Origin: Alphaproteobacteria bacterium
GTDB taxonomy: Bacteria; Pseudomonadota; Alphaproteobacteria; Elsterales; Elsteraceae
Assembly: GCA_013297545.1 (NCBI GenBank)
Contig: JAAFHH010000001.1
Coordinates: forward strand, 1-32,562
Direction: 5' to 3'
Length of the DNA stretch: 32,562 nt
Each line of letters begins with the position of its first letter. Within the stretch, counting starts at the first letter, position 1. The notes below the pieces were generated by a model that was not told the DNA's origin, searched no databases, and saw only the letters and a list, made by a program, of their open reading frames with translations. Positions 24,611 through 32,270 of this stretch are shown here, in pieces. The position numbers and the translations under genes are program-made.

Positions 24611-25864
24611 ATGCGAAAAACATTGAGCCAAAGCGTCGCCGTGTCTCTGTGGCTGCTGGCTAGCTCGGTCGGTTTAGCCGCCGCAGATGATTTTCAGCGG
24701 GCTCAGAATGCTTTCGAGCGTGAGAACTTCGCCGCGGCCGCTGCATTGTATCGAAGTGTCGCGGAGCAGGGTGACGCTGACGCCCAATTCAATATGGGCC
24801 AAATGTACCATCAAGGCAGAGGCGTACTACAGAATGATGGTGAGGCTGTCGCCTGGTACCGGCGCGCAGCTTTACAGGGCCTCGATGTTGCCCAAACCAA
24901 TCTAGGCTGGATGTATGAAAATGGACGAGGAGTGCCGCAGAACTACACCGAGGCGGCTGTTTGGTACCGACGCGCAGCTTTGCAAGGTCATGCAGTTGCG
25001 CAATTCGGTCTTGGCTTGGCTTATCTCAATGGCCAGGGTGTAGAGCAGGATCCGATCGAAGCAGCTGATTGGTTTAGCCGTGCTGCTCACCGGGGGGTCG
25101 GGATGGCTCAATATAATCTAGGTGTACTTTATTTTGAGGGACATGGAGTAGTACAAGATTATAACCTTGCTGTAGTCTGGTATCTGCGTGCTGCAGATCA
25201 AGGCATTGCTATCGCCCAGTATAATCTGGGTGTTATGTATAGCACTGGTCAAGGTGTTCCAACGGATAAATCCGTGGCCGCCGCCTGGTATCAGCGCGCT
25301 GCAGAACAAGATTTCACTTCTGCCCAGAAAAACTTAGCTATAATGTACTTCGATGGAGATGGCGTATCGCAGAACTATGTCCAAGCGGCCGCTTGGTATC
25401 GGCGTGCCGCTGAGCAGGGCCATCCTCACGCCCAAGCTGCTCTGGGCATGATGTACTTTGAGGGTCATGGGGTGCCGCAGGACTATGCGCGGGCGCTTGA
25501 CTGGTACCGTTTGGCCGCCGACCAAGGTGACCCACAGGCGCAAAATCTCCTTGCAGTGATGTACCATCGTGGGTACGGCGTCACCCAGGATTATGACGAG
25601 GCAGTTGCTTGGTACCAACGCGCGGCTGATCAAGGGGAACCTCAAGCTCAAAACAGTCTTGGTTTCAGATATCAGAATGGGGAGGGCGTAACGCGGGATT
25701 TGGTGAAAGCGTACAAGTGGTTCTCGCTTTCTGCTGCCACACCAAACCCTACAATTAAGGTGATTGCAGAGAGAAATATAGACATGATTGCAGTCATGAT
25801 GAATAGCACACAGATTATAGAGGCGCAGCGCCTAGCACATGAGTGGCGTCCGAGCCGTCCGTAA
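24611..25864 (+). CDS. Secreted Sel1-like repeat (SLR/TPR-like) protein
   Basis: Signal peptide MRKTLSQSVAVSLWLLASSVGLAAA, then 9 full plus 1 partial 36-aa units of the pattern A..WYRRAA.QG...AQ..LG.MY..G.GV.QD. GGAGG lies upstream of the ATG. Confidence 0.9.
   Translation: MRKTLSQSVAVSLWLLASSVGLAAADDFQRAQNAFERENFAAAAALYRSVAEQGDADAQFNMGQMYHQGRGVLQNDGEAVAWYRRAALQGLDVAQTNLGWMYENGRGVPQNYTEAAVWYRRAALQGHAVAQFGLGLAYLNGQGVEQDPIEAADWFSRAAHRGVGMAQYNLGVLYFEGHGVVQDYNLAVVWYLRAADQGIAIAQYNLGVMYSTGQGVPTDKSVAAAWYQRAAEQDFTSAQKNLAIMYFDGDGVSQNYVQAAAWYRRAAEQGHPHAQAALGMMYFEGHGVPQDYARALDWYRLAADQGDPQAQNLLAVMYHRGYGVTQDYDEAVAWYQRAADQGEPQAQNSLGFRYQNGEGVTRDLVKAYKWFSLSAATPNPTIKVIAERNIDMIAVMMNSTQIIEAQRLAHEWRPSRP
24731..25708 (+). 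repeat. 108-nt (36-codon) tandem periodicity from the Sel1 repeats
   Basis: Recurrent ..GCNTGGTA(C/T)CGNCGNGCNGC.. / ..CA(G/A)GANTA.. blocks every 108 nt. The units are diverged at the DNA level. Confidence 0.8.
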
Positions 25865-25973
25865 CTTGCTGAAAACGCCACGCATGAGTGTCAGTTCGGC
25901 GCCAACCAGGCCCACTCATCGCCGTCCAGTGCCCTCAAGGCACGCCAGTCCACCGGTACTTCGAGGTGTCCAA

Positions 25974-28900
25974 ATGACTGATCTGGCCGCTGCGCTAAGA
26001 ACTCTCTGTAGCCGTACACTTGCTGGGTGGCTGGCCAATCCAGATCTCGTGGAGAAGGATGCTCGCGAGGAGCAGAATCTCCTAAGCACCGGCTATTACG
26101 ACAGGCAGATTTTCGAGCTCGTCCAGAATGCAGCAGATGCGGCTCTAAGATCCTCCTCGGCAACGATCGAACTCCGGCTCACGGCGACACACCTGTATGC
26201 TTCGAATACCGGAGAACCGCTGCAGGAGGCAGGCCTGAGGGCCCTTATCCTCGGTGGTGTCTCACCGAAGGGCGGTGAGGAGGTCGGGCGTTTTGGATTG
26301 GGGTTCCGCAGCCTGCGGAGGCTTGGCGGCGTCGTCGACATGTTCTCAGCCGGTATCGGCTTTCGGTTTGACCCGCCCTGGTGCGAAGAGGAAGGGCGCA
26401 AGGCGGCACAGCTACCGGACGGCGCCGATGCACCAGGCATGCGCTTAGCAAAGCCGCTCGATCCGGATCAGGAGCGTGATGGGGATCCCGTTCTTCGCGA
26501 GATGCTCGCGTGGGCCGACACCGTCATTCGCGCGGAGATCGCCGACGAGAACGTGCAGTTGGCAATGCTGAAGGAGCTCGACGCATTCCCTGCGGAGTTT
26601 CTCCTCTTCCCCAAGGCTGACCTGACGGTAAGCCTGCGTCGACCAGATGGCATCGCGCGAAAGCTACGTCGCAGTCGGCAAGGCGCGTTGATGGTGCTTC
26701 ACGATGGGGAAACGGAGCAACCATGGCATCTATTCGTACAGCGGTTCCCAGTTACCGATGCCGCGGCGCAGCTCGATGCTGGGAAGCTCCAAGCGCGGGA
26801 TGAAGTCACCATCTCCTGGGCTGTGCCGGCAGCTGGGGGAGACCGGCGAGCAGGTCAGTTTTGGAATGCCTTCCCGACACGGACGCCGAGCGTCGTACCT
26901 GGCATCCTTGATGCGCGCTGGAAACTCAACAGCGATCGCTCCTCCCTCACCGGTGACGCGTGGAATCCAGCACTCATGCGCAGTGCGGCAAAGCTGATCG
27001 CCGAAAGCCTTCCGCGCTTGGCGACACAGGATGACCCCGGGCGCCCCATCGACGCGCTGCCGAGACAACTCGACCGAAAGGACGACCCCGCTGCGCCGCT
27101 GCATGATGCAGTTTGGGCAGAGGCAAAACGCGTAGCGTTTATTGCTGCCGGGGGTGGTGCGTTAAAGTTGCCTTCTGACTTATTGCGACCGCCGACTGAC
27201 GATTCTGACCTTCAGGCGACCTGGTGCGCCATCGCCACGGAAGAAGTTAGAGATCGGCTGGTCCACCATACCTGCCTCAGCACGCGGGACCGCGCGTCAA
27301 GGCTAAAACACCTCACTATTGTATTAAATAGGGGTGATGGGGACGGTGAGGAAGACGCCCAGGAAAGCGAAAATGATGATAATGCCGAGTCCAAAGCCCG
27401 CCTGTCGCAGAGCAGCGCAAGTGATTGGCTGACTCAGGTTGCCAACGCTGACCCAGTCATTGGCCGCGATGTAATTCTGCTTGCTGGCCGTCTGGCGGCT
27501 GTTGCGTCGCTCGCGCCTTACATGCTCCGCCATCTTGCGATTGTTCCGACCCAGGATGGTCGCCTCGCCCCCCCGGGCAAGGTCGTCTTTCCGGATAGCG
27601 ATATGCTCGCCGCCGGGCTCCTCGTTGTGCACACCGATCTCGCCGGTGACGAGGCTGTGCGCGACGTTCTGACCAAGGTGTTCCAGGTCCGAGCCATGGA
27701 CGACGAGGCGTGGCTGCGAGCCTTGGACATCGCTTGGCCTCAATGGGGAAATCCATCGAGCTACGAGGAAGCATGGGATCTGCTTCGCTCCACGCCGGAT
27801 GCGGTTCGGCTCCGCTTCATGAAGGAGAAGCGGAGCAGGCTGCGCTTCAAGACCTGCGGCGGTCGTTGGAATGCGGTGGATGACGTTCTGCTTGTCGGTC
27901 GAATTGTTAGCGAGGCAGACGCCCCTGCGCATGCAGATATCGTCGTTGACGCGGACTTCGCGCGCGTCAACGGCTCCCTGCTGGAGGCGATTGGCGTCGA
28001 GGATGTTCCGCCCGATAGATGGATCACCGAGGTTCAACCAGCGTGTCTGAGTGAGCCGCAAAATGCTGCGACCAGAGAGTATCGGCAGAGGAAAGATGCT
28101 TGGCGCGCGCGCAGAGATACCTTGGGTTATGTCGGGACCGTTGAGCACCTGTCCGGCATCGGCCTTGTCGCGCGACTAAAGGCTGCCAGCCGCGCGCGTC
28201 TGACAAAAACGCTTCTGTCTCGCTTTTCGCAGAGGGCACCAACGAACACCCAGGTTGGGGGCCGCGGAGGTCAAGCGACGCAGGACCGCTATCCGCCTAT
28301 CCAGGTCCCGAATCCATCGGCTTGGTTACTGTGGAAGCACGGGACGGTGCAGATCGGCACGCATCTCGTTTCTCTAGCCGCATGCTCGGAGGTGAGGCGG
28401 AACCTCGAACCACAGGAGGTCGAGGCTCTCGCCAAATGGCTTCCTGACGACAGTGCTCTTAACGCGTGCTGGCCAAGTGGTTGGCCGAGACTTACAGAGC
28501 CGACAGACCCTGTCTGGAAAGCGCTGCTTTCCAGCCGCCACACACGGGACCATGCCGGATTGCTGCCAATCTGGGCGGCGGCGGCACGCCGCGGCTTTGT
28601 GCCGACCAAAGTACCTAGCTCCGACAGCGCCGGATACGCGCTACTCTCGGATTTCCTGGTGGCTGTCGATCCCTCTGACTTCGAACTTGCTATCAGGGCC
28701 CAGAGACCGTGCGCACTTCTTGATCGCGCTACTGCGGCCGTATGGATCAATCACGGCGCCGGCGATATTGAGCAGGAGATCGTGACCCGTGCTATTGGCC
28801 CTGCCGAGAGCCCAATGCGAGCCGTCGACTACATCCCAGGACTCGGTGAATTCCTGAACGGTGATGGGCCGTCCATTTGCTTGGTAGAAAGCGTCGAGCG

Positions 28901-30674
28901 GGTGCTGGGCACGGCAGCTACACTCGCCGCACTGCTCGTAGACGATGAGCAGATCTCAGTAAGTCAAGCTTGGCTGAGAACCACGTCGAGCACGGCCGTC
29001 TTGCGACCATTGCTGGAAGCGATCGGGACAGTTTCGAAGTTCAACCAGAGTATCGATGCCGTTTTCGCTGCTCTTGACATCAGCGAGATCAAGCGGCGGC
29101 GTGCCCAAGTCCGCGCCGAACCGGATCTGGCATCGCGACTTCTGCGGGCGGTAGGTCACGCCGAGATTCTCAAGGACTGCCTTCCAGCAGCGGCAAGTCG
29201 TGTGCTGACCCCTGATACGTCGAACTACACGCTTGCGACCTTATGTCTGGATATTCATGGCCCAGCTGCATTGCGCGAAGTGCAAGAGGCTTTGGAGCAG
29301 GAGGGGCTGCGGCCACCTCGGCGCTGGGGGGCAGACGAGGCGCAGCAATTTGTTCTGGCTCTGGGTTTTCCGCTCGCTTACGCCGGTGCCGCCAACCCGC
29401 GTCTGCCATCAGAGATCCAGGTGGCTGGCCCTCGCCCTCTCCCACCTCTCCATCCCTATCAGGAAGCCGCCTTGGCGGAACTGCGCGGCCTGATCGATTC
29501 CGGTGCAGGCCGACGGCGGTCAATCCTTAGCCTGCCTACCGGTGCAGGTAAGACGAGGGTCGCTGCTGAAGCAGCGGTCCGATCACTGCTCCGAGGCGAA
29601 ACTGGTCGCCCCTTCGTACTTTGGGTCGCGCAAACCGAGGAACTTGCCGAACAAGCTGTCGAAGCGTTTCGGCACGTCTGGGCTGTCGAAGGGGTGGAAG
29701 AAACAGAGCTCCGGATTATTCTCTTCTGGGGCGGGCAAAGGACGCCCCCGGAAGCCGATGCCACTCAGCCAACTGTGGTGGTGGCGCTGGTGCAGACGCT
29801 TGATGGCAGGATGGGGCTAGAAGATGCCGCCTGGCTTGCAAACGCCGGCATGGTCATCATCGATGAGAGCCATCACGCCATCGCTCCCACGTACACCAGC
29901 CTGCTCAACCGCGTCGGTGTCGCAACGGGAGCTCGGCAGCAGGCTCGCACGAAGACTGAAAAACGAGAGCCGGTACTTCTGGGACTAAGCGCGACACCAT
30001 TCCGCAGTAGTGGTGAGGAAGAGTCGCGCCGTCTAGCTGCACGTTTTGAAGCTAGCGTCGTACCAAAAGATCAGGAGGGCTTGTACTCGAGGCTCCGAGA
30101 GGGTGGGATCCTGTCCCGCGTCGCTATGGAGCCGCTGCGGATCGAGCAGGTGTTTCAGCTCACAGAGGATGAGCGTGCCGACTTCCGGCAATTCGGCGAG
30201 TTGCCAGAAAGTGCTCTCTCCCGTCTATCGGCTCTCGCTCCGCGCAATGACGCTATCCTTTCAGCGGTGGAGTCGGCGAAAGAGGAATCGATTCTTCTTT
30301 TTGCGAACAACGTCGATCACTCGACGGAACTGGCTGCACGTCTCAGTCTGCGCGGCATCCGCACCCGCGTCGTCAGCGGTCAGACTGACCGATCCGCACG
30401 GAGAGACGCAGTGGCCGCGTTCAAGCGACGGGAAGTAAGGGTTGTTTGTAACGCTGTGGTTTTTGCTACCGGCTTTGATGCGCCGGGCGTTGAGATGGTC
30501 TTGATCGCACGTCCTGTCTTTTCTCCGGTGCGATTCATGCAGATGGTGGGTCGCGGACTGCGTGGCCCCCGGAACGGCGGCACTGAGCGATGCAGAGTCG
30601 TGACTGTTCAGGACAACATTGAAGGATATGCCGATCGCGATCCGTTGGCTTGGTGGCGCAAATACTACGAATAG
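25974..30674 (+). CDS. Giant fusion protein (~1566 aa): N-terminal sacsin-like GHKL (Bergerat-fold) ATPase module, ~800-aa uncharacterised middle, C-terminal SF2 DExH helicase (ResIII/DEAD-like plus helicase-C)
   Basis: One uninterrupted ORF (25839..30674). The start is preferred at ATG 25974 (MTDLAAAL..) because GAGG lies 6-9 nt upstream and it does not overlap the Sel1 gene. Motifs are listed under the two domain features below. Confidence 0.85.
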   Translation: MTDLAAALRTLCSRTLAGWLANPDLVEKDAREEQNLLSTGYYDRQIFELVQNAADAALRSSSATIELRLTATHLYASNTGEPLQEAGLRALILGGVSPKGGEEVGRFGLGFRSLRRLGGVVDMFSAGIGFRFDPPWCEEEGRKAAQLPDGADAPGMRLAKPLDPDQERDGDPVLREMLAWADTVIRAEIADENVQLAMLKELDAFPAEFLLFPKADLTVSLRRPDGIARKLRRSRQGALMVLHDGETEQPWHLFVQRFPVTDAAAQLDAGKLQARDEVTISWAVPAAGGDRRAGQFWNAFPTRTPSVVPGILDARWKLNSDRSSLTGDAWNPALMRSAAKLIAESLPRLATQDDPGRPIDALPRQLDRKDDPAAPLHDAVWAEAKRVAFIAAGGGALKLPSDLLRPPTDDSDLQATWCAIATEEVRDRLVHHTCLSTRDRASRLKHLTIVLNRGDGDGEEDAQESENDDNAESKARLSQSSASDWLTQVANADPVIGRDVILLAGRLAAVASLAPYMLRHLAIVPTQDGRLAPPGKVVFPDSDMLAAGLLVVHTDLAGDEAVRDVLTKVFQVRAMDDEAWLRALDIAWPQWGNPSSYEEAWDLLRSTPDAVRLRFMKEKRSRLRFKTCGGRWNAVDDVLLVGRIVSEADAPAHADIVVDADFARVNGSLLEAIGVEDVPPDRWITEVQPACLSEPQNAATREYRQRKDAWRARRDTLGYVGTVEHLSGIGLVARLKAASRARLTKTLLSRFSQRAPTNTQVGGRGGQATQDRYPPIQVPNPSAWLLWKHGTVQIGTHLVSLAACSEVRRNLEPQEVEALAKWLPDDSALNACWPSGWPRLTEPTDPVWKALLSSRHTRDHAGLLPIWAAAARRGFVPTKVPSSDSAGYALLSDFLVAVDPSDFELAIRAQRPCALLDRATAAVWINHGAGDIEQEIVTRAIGPAESPMRAVDYIPGLGEFLNGDGPSICLVESVERVLGTAATLAALLVDDEQISVSQAWLRTTSSTAVLRPLLEAIGTVSKFNQSIDAVFAALDISEIKRRRAQVRAEPDLASRLLRAVGHAEILKDCLPAAASRVLTPDTSNYTLATLCLDIHGPAALREVQEALEQEGLRPPRRWGADEAQQFVLALGFPLAYAGAANPRLPSEIQVAGPRPLPPLHPYQEAALAELRGLIDSGAGRRRSILSLPTGAGKTRVAAEAAVRSLLRGETGRPFVLWVAQTEELAEQAVEAFRHVWAVEGVEETELRIILFWGGQRTPPEADATQPTVVVALVQTLDGRMGLEDAAWLANAGMVIIDESHHAIAPTYTSLLNRVGVATGARQQARTKTEKREPVLLGLSATPFRSSGEEESRRLAARFEASVVPKDQEGLYSRLREGGILSRVAMEPLRIEQVFQLTEDERADFRQFGELPESALSRLSALAPRNDAILSAVESAKEESILLFANNVDHSTELAARLSLRGIRTRVVSGQTDRSARRDAVAAFKRREVRVVCNAVVFATGFDAPGVEMVLIARPVFSPVRFMQMVGRGLRGPRNGGTERCRVVTVQDNIEGYADRDPLAWWRKYYE
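26091..27014 (+). other. Sacsin-like GHKL ATPase module of the giant protein
   Basis: N-box ELVQNAADA (26115-26141; ExxxNAxDA), ..LYASNTGEPL.., GRFGLGF (26286-26306), then ..FWNAFPTRTPSVVPGILDARWKLNSDRSSL..WNPALM... The order and spacing match sacsin/SRR-type HATPase regions as I recall them (ELxQNADDA .. GxFGxGF .. FP.. ..R..L ..WN..L). Confidence 0.65.
29448..30671 (+). other. SF2 helicase module of the giant protein
   Basis: LHPYQEAAL (Q/Ia-like), Walker A PTGAGKT (29535-29555), DESH (29862-29873), SATP (29988-29999), ..LLFANNVDHSTELA.., ..ATGFDAPGVE.., motif VI QMVGRGLRG (30540-30566). Confidence 0.9.
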
Positions 30675-30750
30675 GCGCCGCCAAGTTTGTGTAAGCGTCC
30701 GGTCAGCCCCGTGTTGCGGGGGATCGAGTGTCGGCCTGAGATGAGGCCGA

Positions 30751-30773
30751 CTCCTTCTGGAGTCCAGAAGGAG
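30751..30773 (+). promoter_or_regulatory. Perfect 10-bp stem / 3-nt loop (CTCCTTCTGG-AGT-CCAGAAGGAG) that sequesters the tnpA Shine-Dalgarno sequence
   Basis: Read directly from the sequence. The 3' arm contains AAGGAG (30768-30773), just upstream of the tnpA start (TTG 30778 or ATG 30784). Confidence 0.6.
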
Positions 30774-30777
30774 AATA

Positions 30778-31209
30778 TTGGACATGTCGGTCGAGGTGCT
30801 GGGGCCCGCCGAGCGTCGGCGTCGGTGGAGTGAAGCGAACAAGGCTGCCCTCGTGGCCGCGACTGATCAGTTCGGCGTCACCGCGGTCGCGCGCCAGCAC
30901 CGGGTTTCGACGAGCCTGCTCTACAATTGGCGCGCTGCGCGGCGTGCTGCCGCTGAGCTGGGTGTCCCTGGGTTGGCTGGCGAGCCGCCGATGTTTGTGC
31001 CGGTGCGGGTGGCGCCGCAAGCTGCTGATGCCAGATCAAGGCAACCACGACGCCCCCGTACCGTGGCGCGCATGGGGAAAGGCCAGGCATCGCCGGAGGC
31101 AGACGTGATCGAAATTGTTCTGCCTGATGGCGTCGCGCTGCGTATCGGCGGTGATGTCGCCGTCGAGCGCGTGGCTGCAGTGCTGGCCATGCTGCGCACG
31201 CAGCCGTGA
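30778..31209 (+). CDS. tnpA: IS66-family accessory protein TnpA (HTH)
   Basis: ..ERRRRWSEANKAALVAATDQFGVTAVARQHRVSTSLLYNWR.. The start is TTG 30778 or ATG 30784. Confidence 0.8.
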   Translation: MDMSVEVLGPAERRRRWSEANKAALVAATDQFGVTAVARQHRVSTSLLYNWRAARRAAAELGVPGLAGEPPMFVPVRVAPQAADARSRQPRRPRTVARMGKGQASPEADVIEIVLPDGVALRIGGDVAVERVAAVLAMLRTQP

Positions 31210-31559
31210 TCGCCTTCGCCCCCGGCACACGGGTGTTCCTCGCCTGTCAGCCGGTCGATCTGCGCAACGGGTTCGATGGTCTGTCGGCACTGGTCGCAAC
31301 CCGGCTGGCTGCCGATCCGTTTGGTGGTCAGATGTTCGTCTTCCGCGGCAAGCGCGGTGATCGCCTGAAGGTGCTGTACTGGGACGGCACCGGCCTGGTG
31401 CTGCTGGCCAAGCGCTTGGAGCAGGGCCGCTTCGTTTGGCCCGTGATCACAGCCGGCGGCGTTGCCTTGTCAGCCGCCCAGTTGGCGTTGCTGCTGGAAG
31501 GCATGGACTGGCGCCGCATCATCCTGCCAGCGCCGCCGCAGCGTCCTATCGCATCGTGA
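31206..31559 (+). CDS. tnpB: IS66-family Orf2 protein TnpB
   Basis: ..VFLACQPVDLRNGFDGLSALV...GQMFVFRGKRGDRLKVLYWDGTGLVLLAKRLEQGRFVWP.. is highly characteristic. The GTG start overlaps the tnpA stop. Confidence 0.9.
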   Translation: MIAFAPGTRVFLACQPVDLRNGFDGLSALVATRLAADPFGGQMFVFRGKRGDRLKVLYWDGTGLVLLAKRLEQGRFVWPVITAGGVALSAAQLALLLEGMDWRRIILPAPPQRPIAS

Positions 31560-31631
31560 TAAGCTGCTGTTTTTTCACGGAATTCTGGCGATTGTACGCG
31601 ACGGCCCCAGCGCATTTCGCTATCATAGGCC

Positions 31632-32270
31632 ATGTCGCTCGCGTTCGCAGACGTGCCCTCAGATCCGGCCGCATTGCGTGCCTTCGCCGCCGCCTGTCAG
31701 GCGGAATTGCAGGCCGCAGCCGTCGCCGTGCAGCGCAATACCCTCGAGATCGAGCGGCTGAAACTGCAGCTCGCCAAGCTGCGACGGATGGCGTTCGGCG
31801 CCTCCTCCGAACGGCTCAGCGGCGAAATCCGGCAACTCGAACTGCACCTCGAGGAACTTGAGGCGGAGCCAGCACCACCAGGTGCCGATGATCAGGCAGA
31901 CGATGGCGTGGCCGCAGAGGACGCTACCGAGCCAGCGCCGACGCGCCAGCAGCCGAAGCGGCGCCCATTGCCGGATCACCTGCCGCGCGAGGTCCTGATC
32001 CACCAGCCCGTGCTCGCAACCGACGGCACCTGCGGCTGTGGGCGCGGACGCTTCTCCGCTCTCGGCGAGGATGTCGTCGAGGTGCTGGAGTATGTCCCCG
32101 GCCAGTTCCGGGTCGTGCGGCACACAAGGCCGAAGTACGCCTGTACGGCCTGCGATATTATCGTTCAGGCACCCGCGGTTGCACTGCCGATCCCGCGCGG
32201 CCGGGCCGGGCCAGCACTGCTCGCCCATGTGCTGGTGTCGAAGTATGCCGATCACCTGCCGCTTTATCGT
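31632..32270 (+). pseudogene. tnpC: IS66-family transposase TnpC, N-terminal ~213 aa only (cut by the IS256 insertion)
   Basis: A leucine-zipper region ..LEIERLKLQLAKLRRMAFGASSE.., a zinc-finger-like C.C..C..C, and ..LLAHVLVSKYADHLPLYR. It is then replaced by the IS256 terminal sequence at 32271. Confidence 0.85.

Larger units (their letters stand above)
30691..32270 (+). mobile_element. IS66-family insertion sequence (left part; interrupted by IS256 copy B)
   Basis: The left end starts with the family-typical GTAAGCG (30691-30697). It has the canonical three-ORF order tnpA-tnpB-tnpC. tnpC is cut at 32270. Confidence 0.85.

Noticed and set aside
24731-25708. The tandem 108-nt periodicity considered as a non-coding repeat array or CRISPR-like structure.
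   Set aside because: It lies entirely within one ORF, and the repeats are diverged at DNA level but conserved at protein level (Sel1 units). There is no repeat-spacer organisation anywhere in the window.
25839-25973. The most upstream Met (25839) or Met16 (25884) as the start of the giant ORF.
   Set aside because: A 25839 start would overlap the Sel1 gene by 26 nt, and the extra 45 residues are Arg/Pro/Ser-rich with no SD. ATG 25974 has GAGG at suitable spacing. The upstream starts are not excluded, only less likely.
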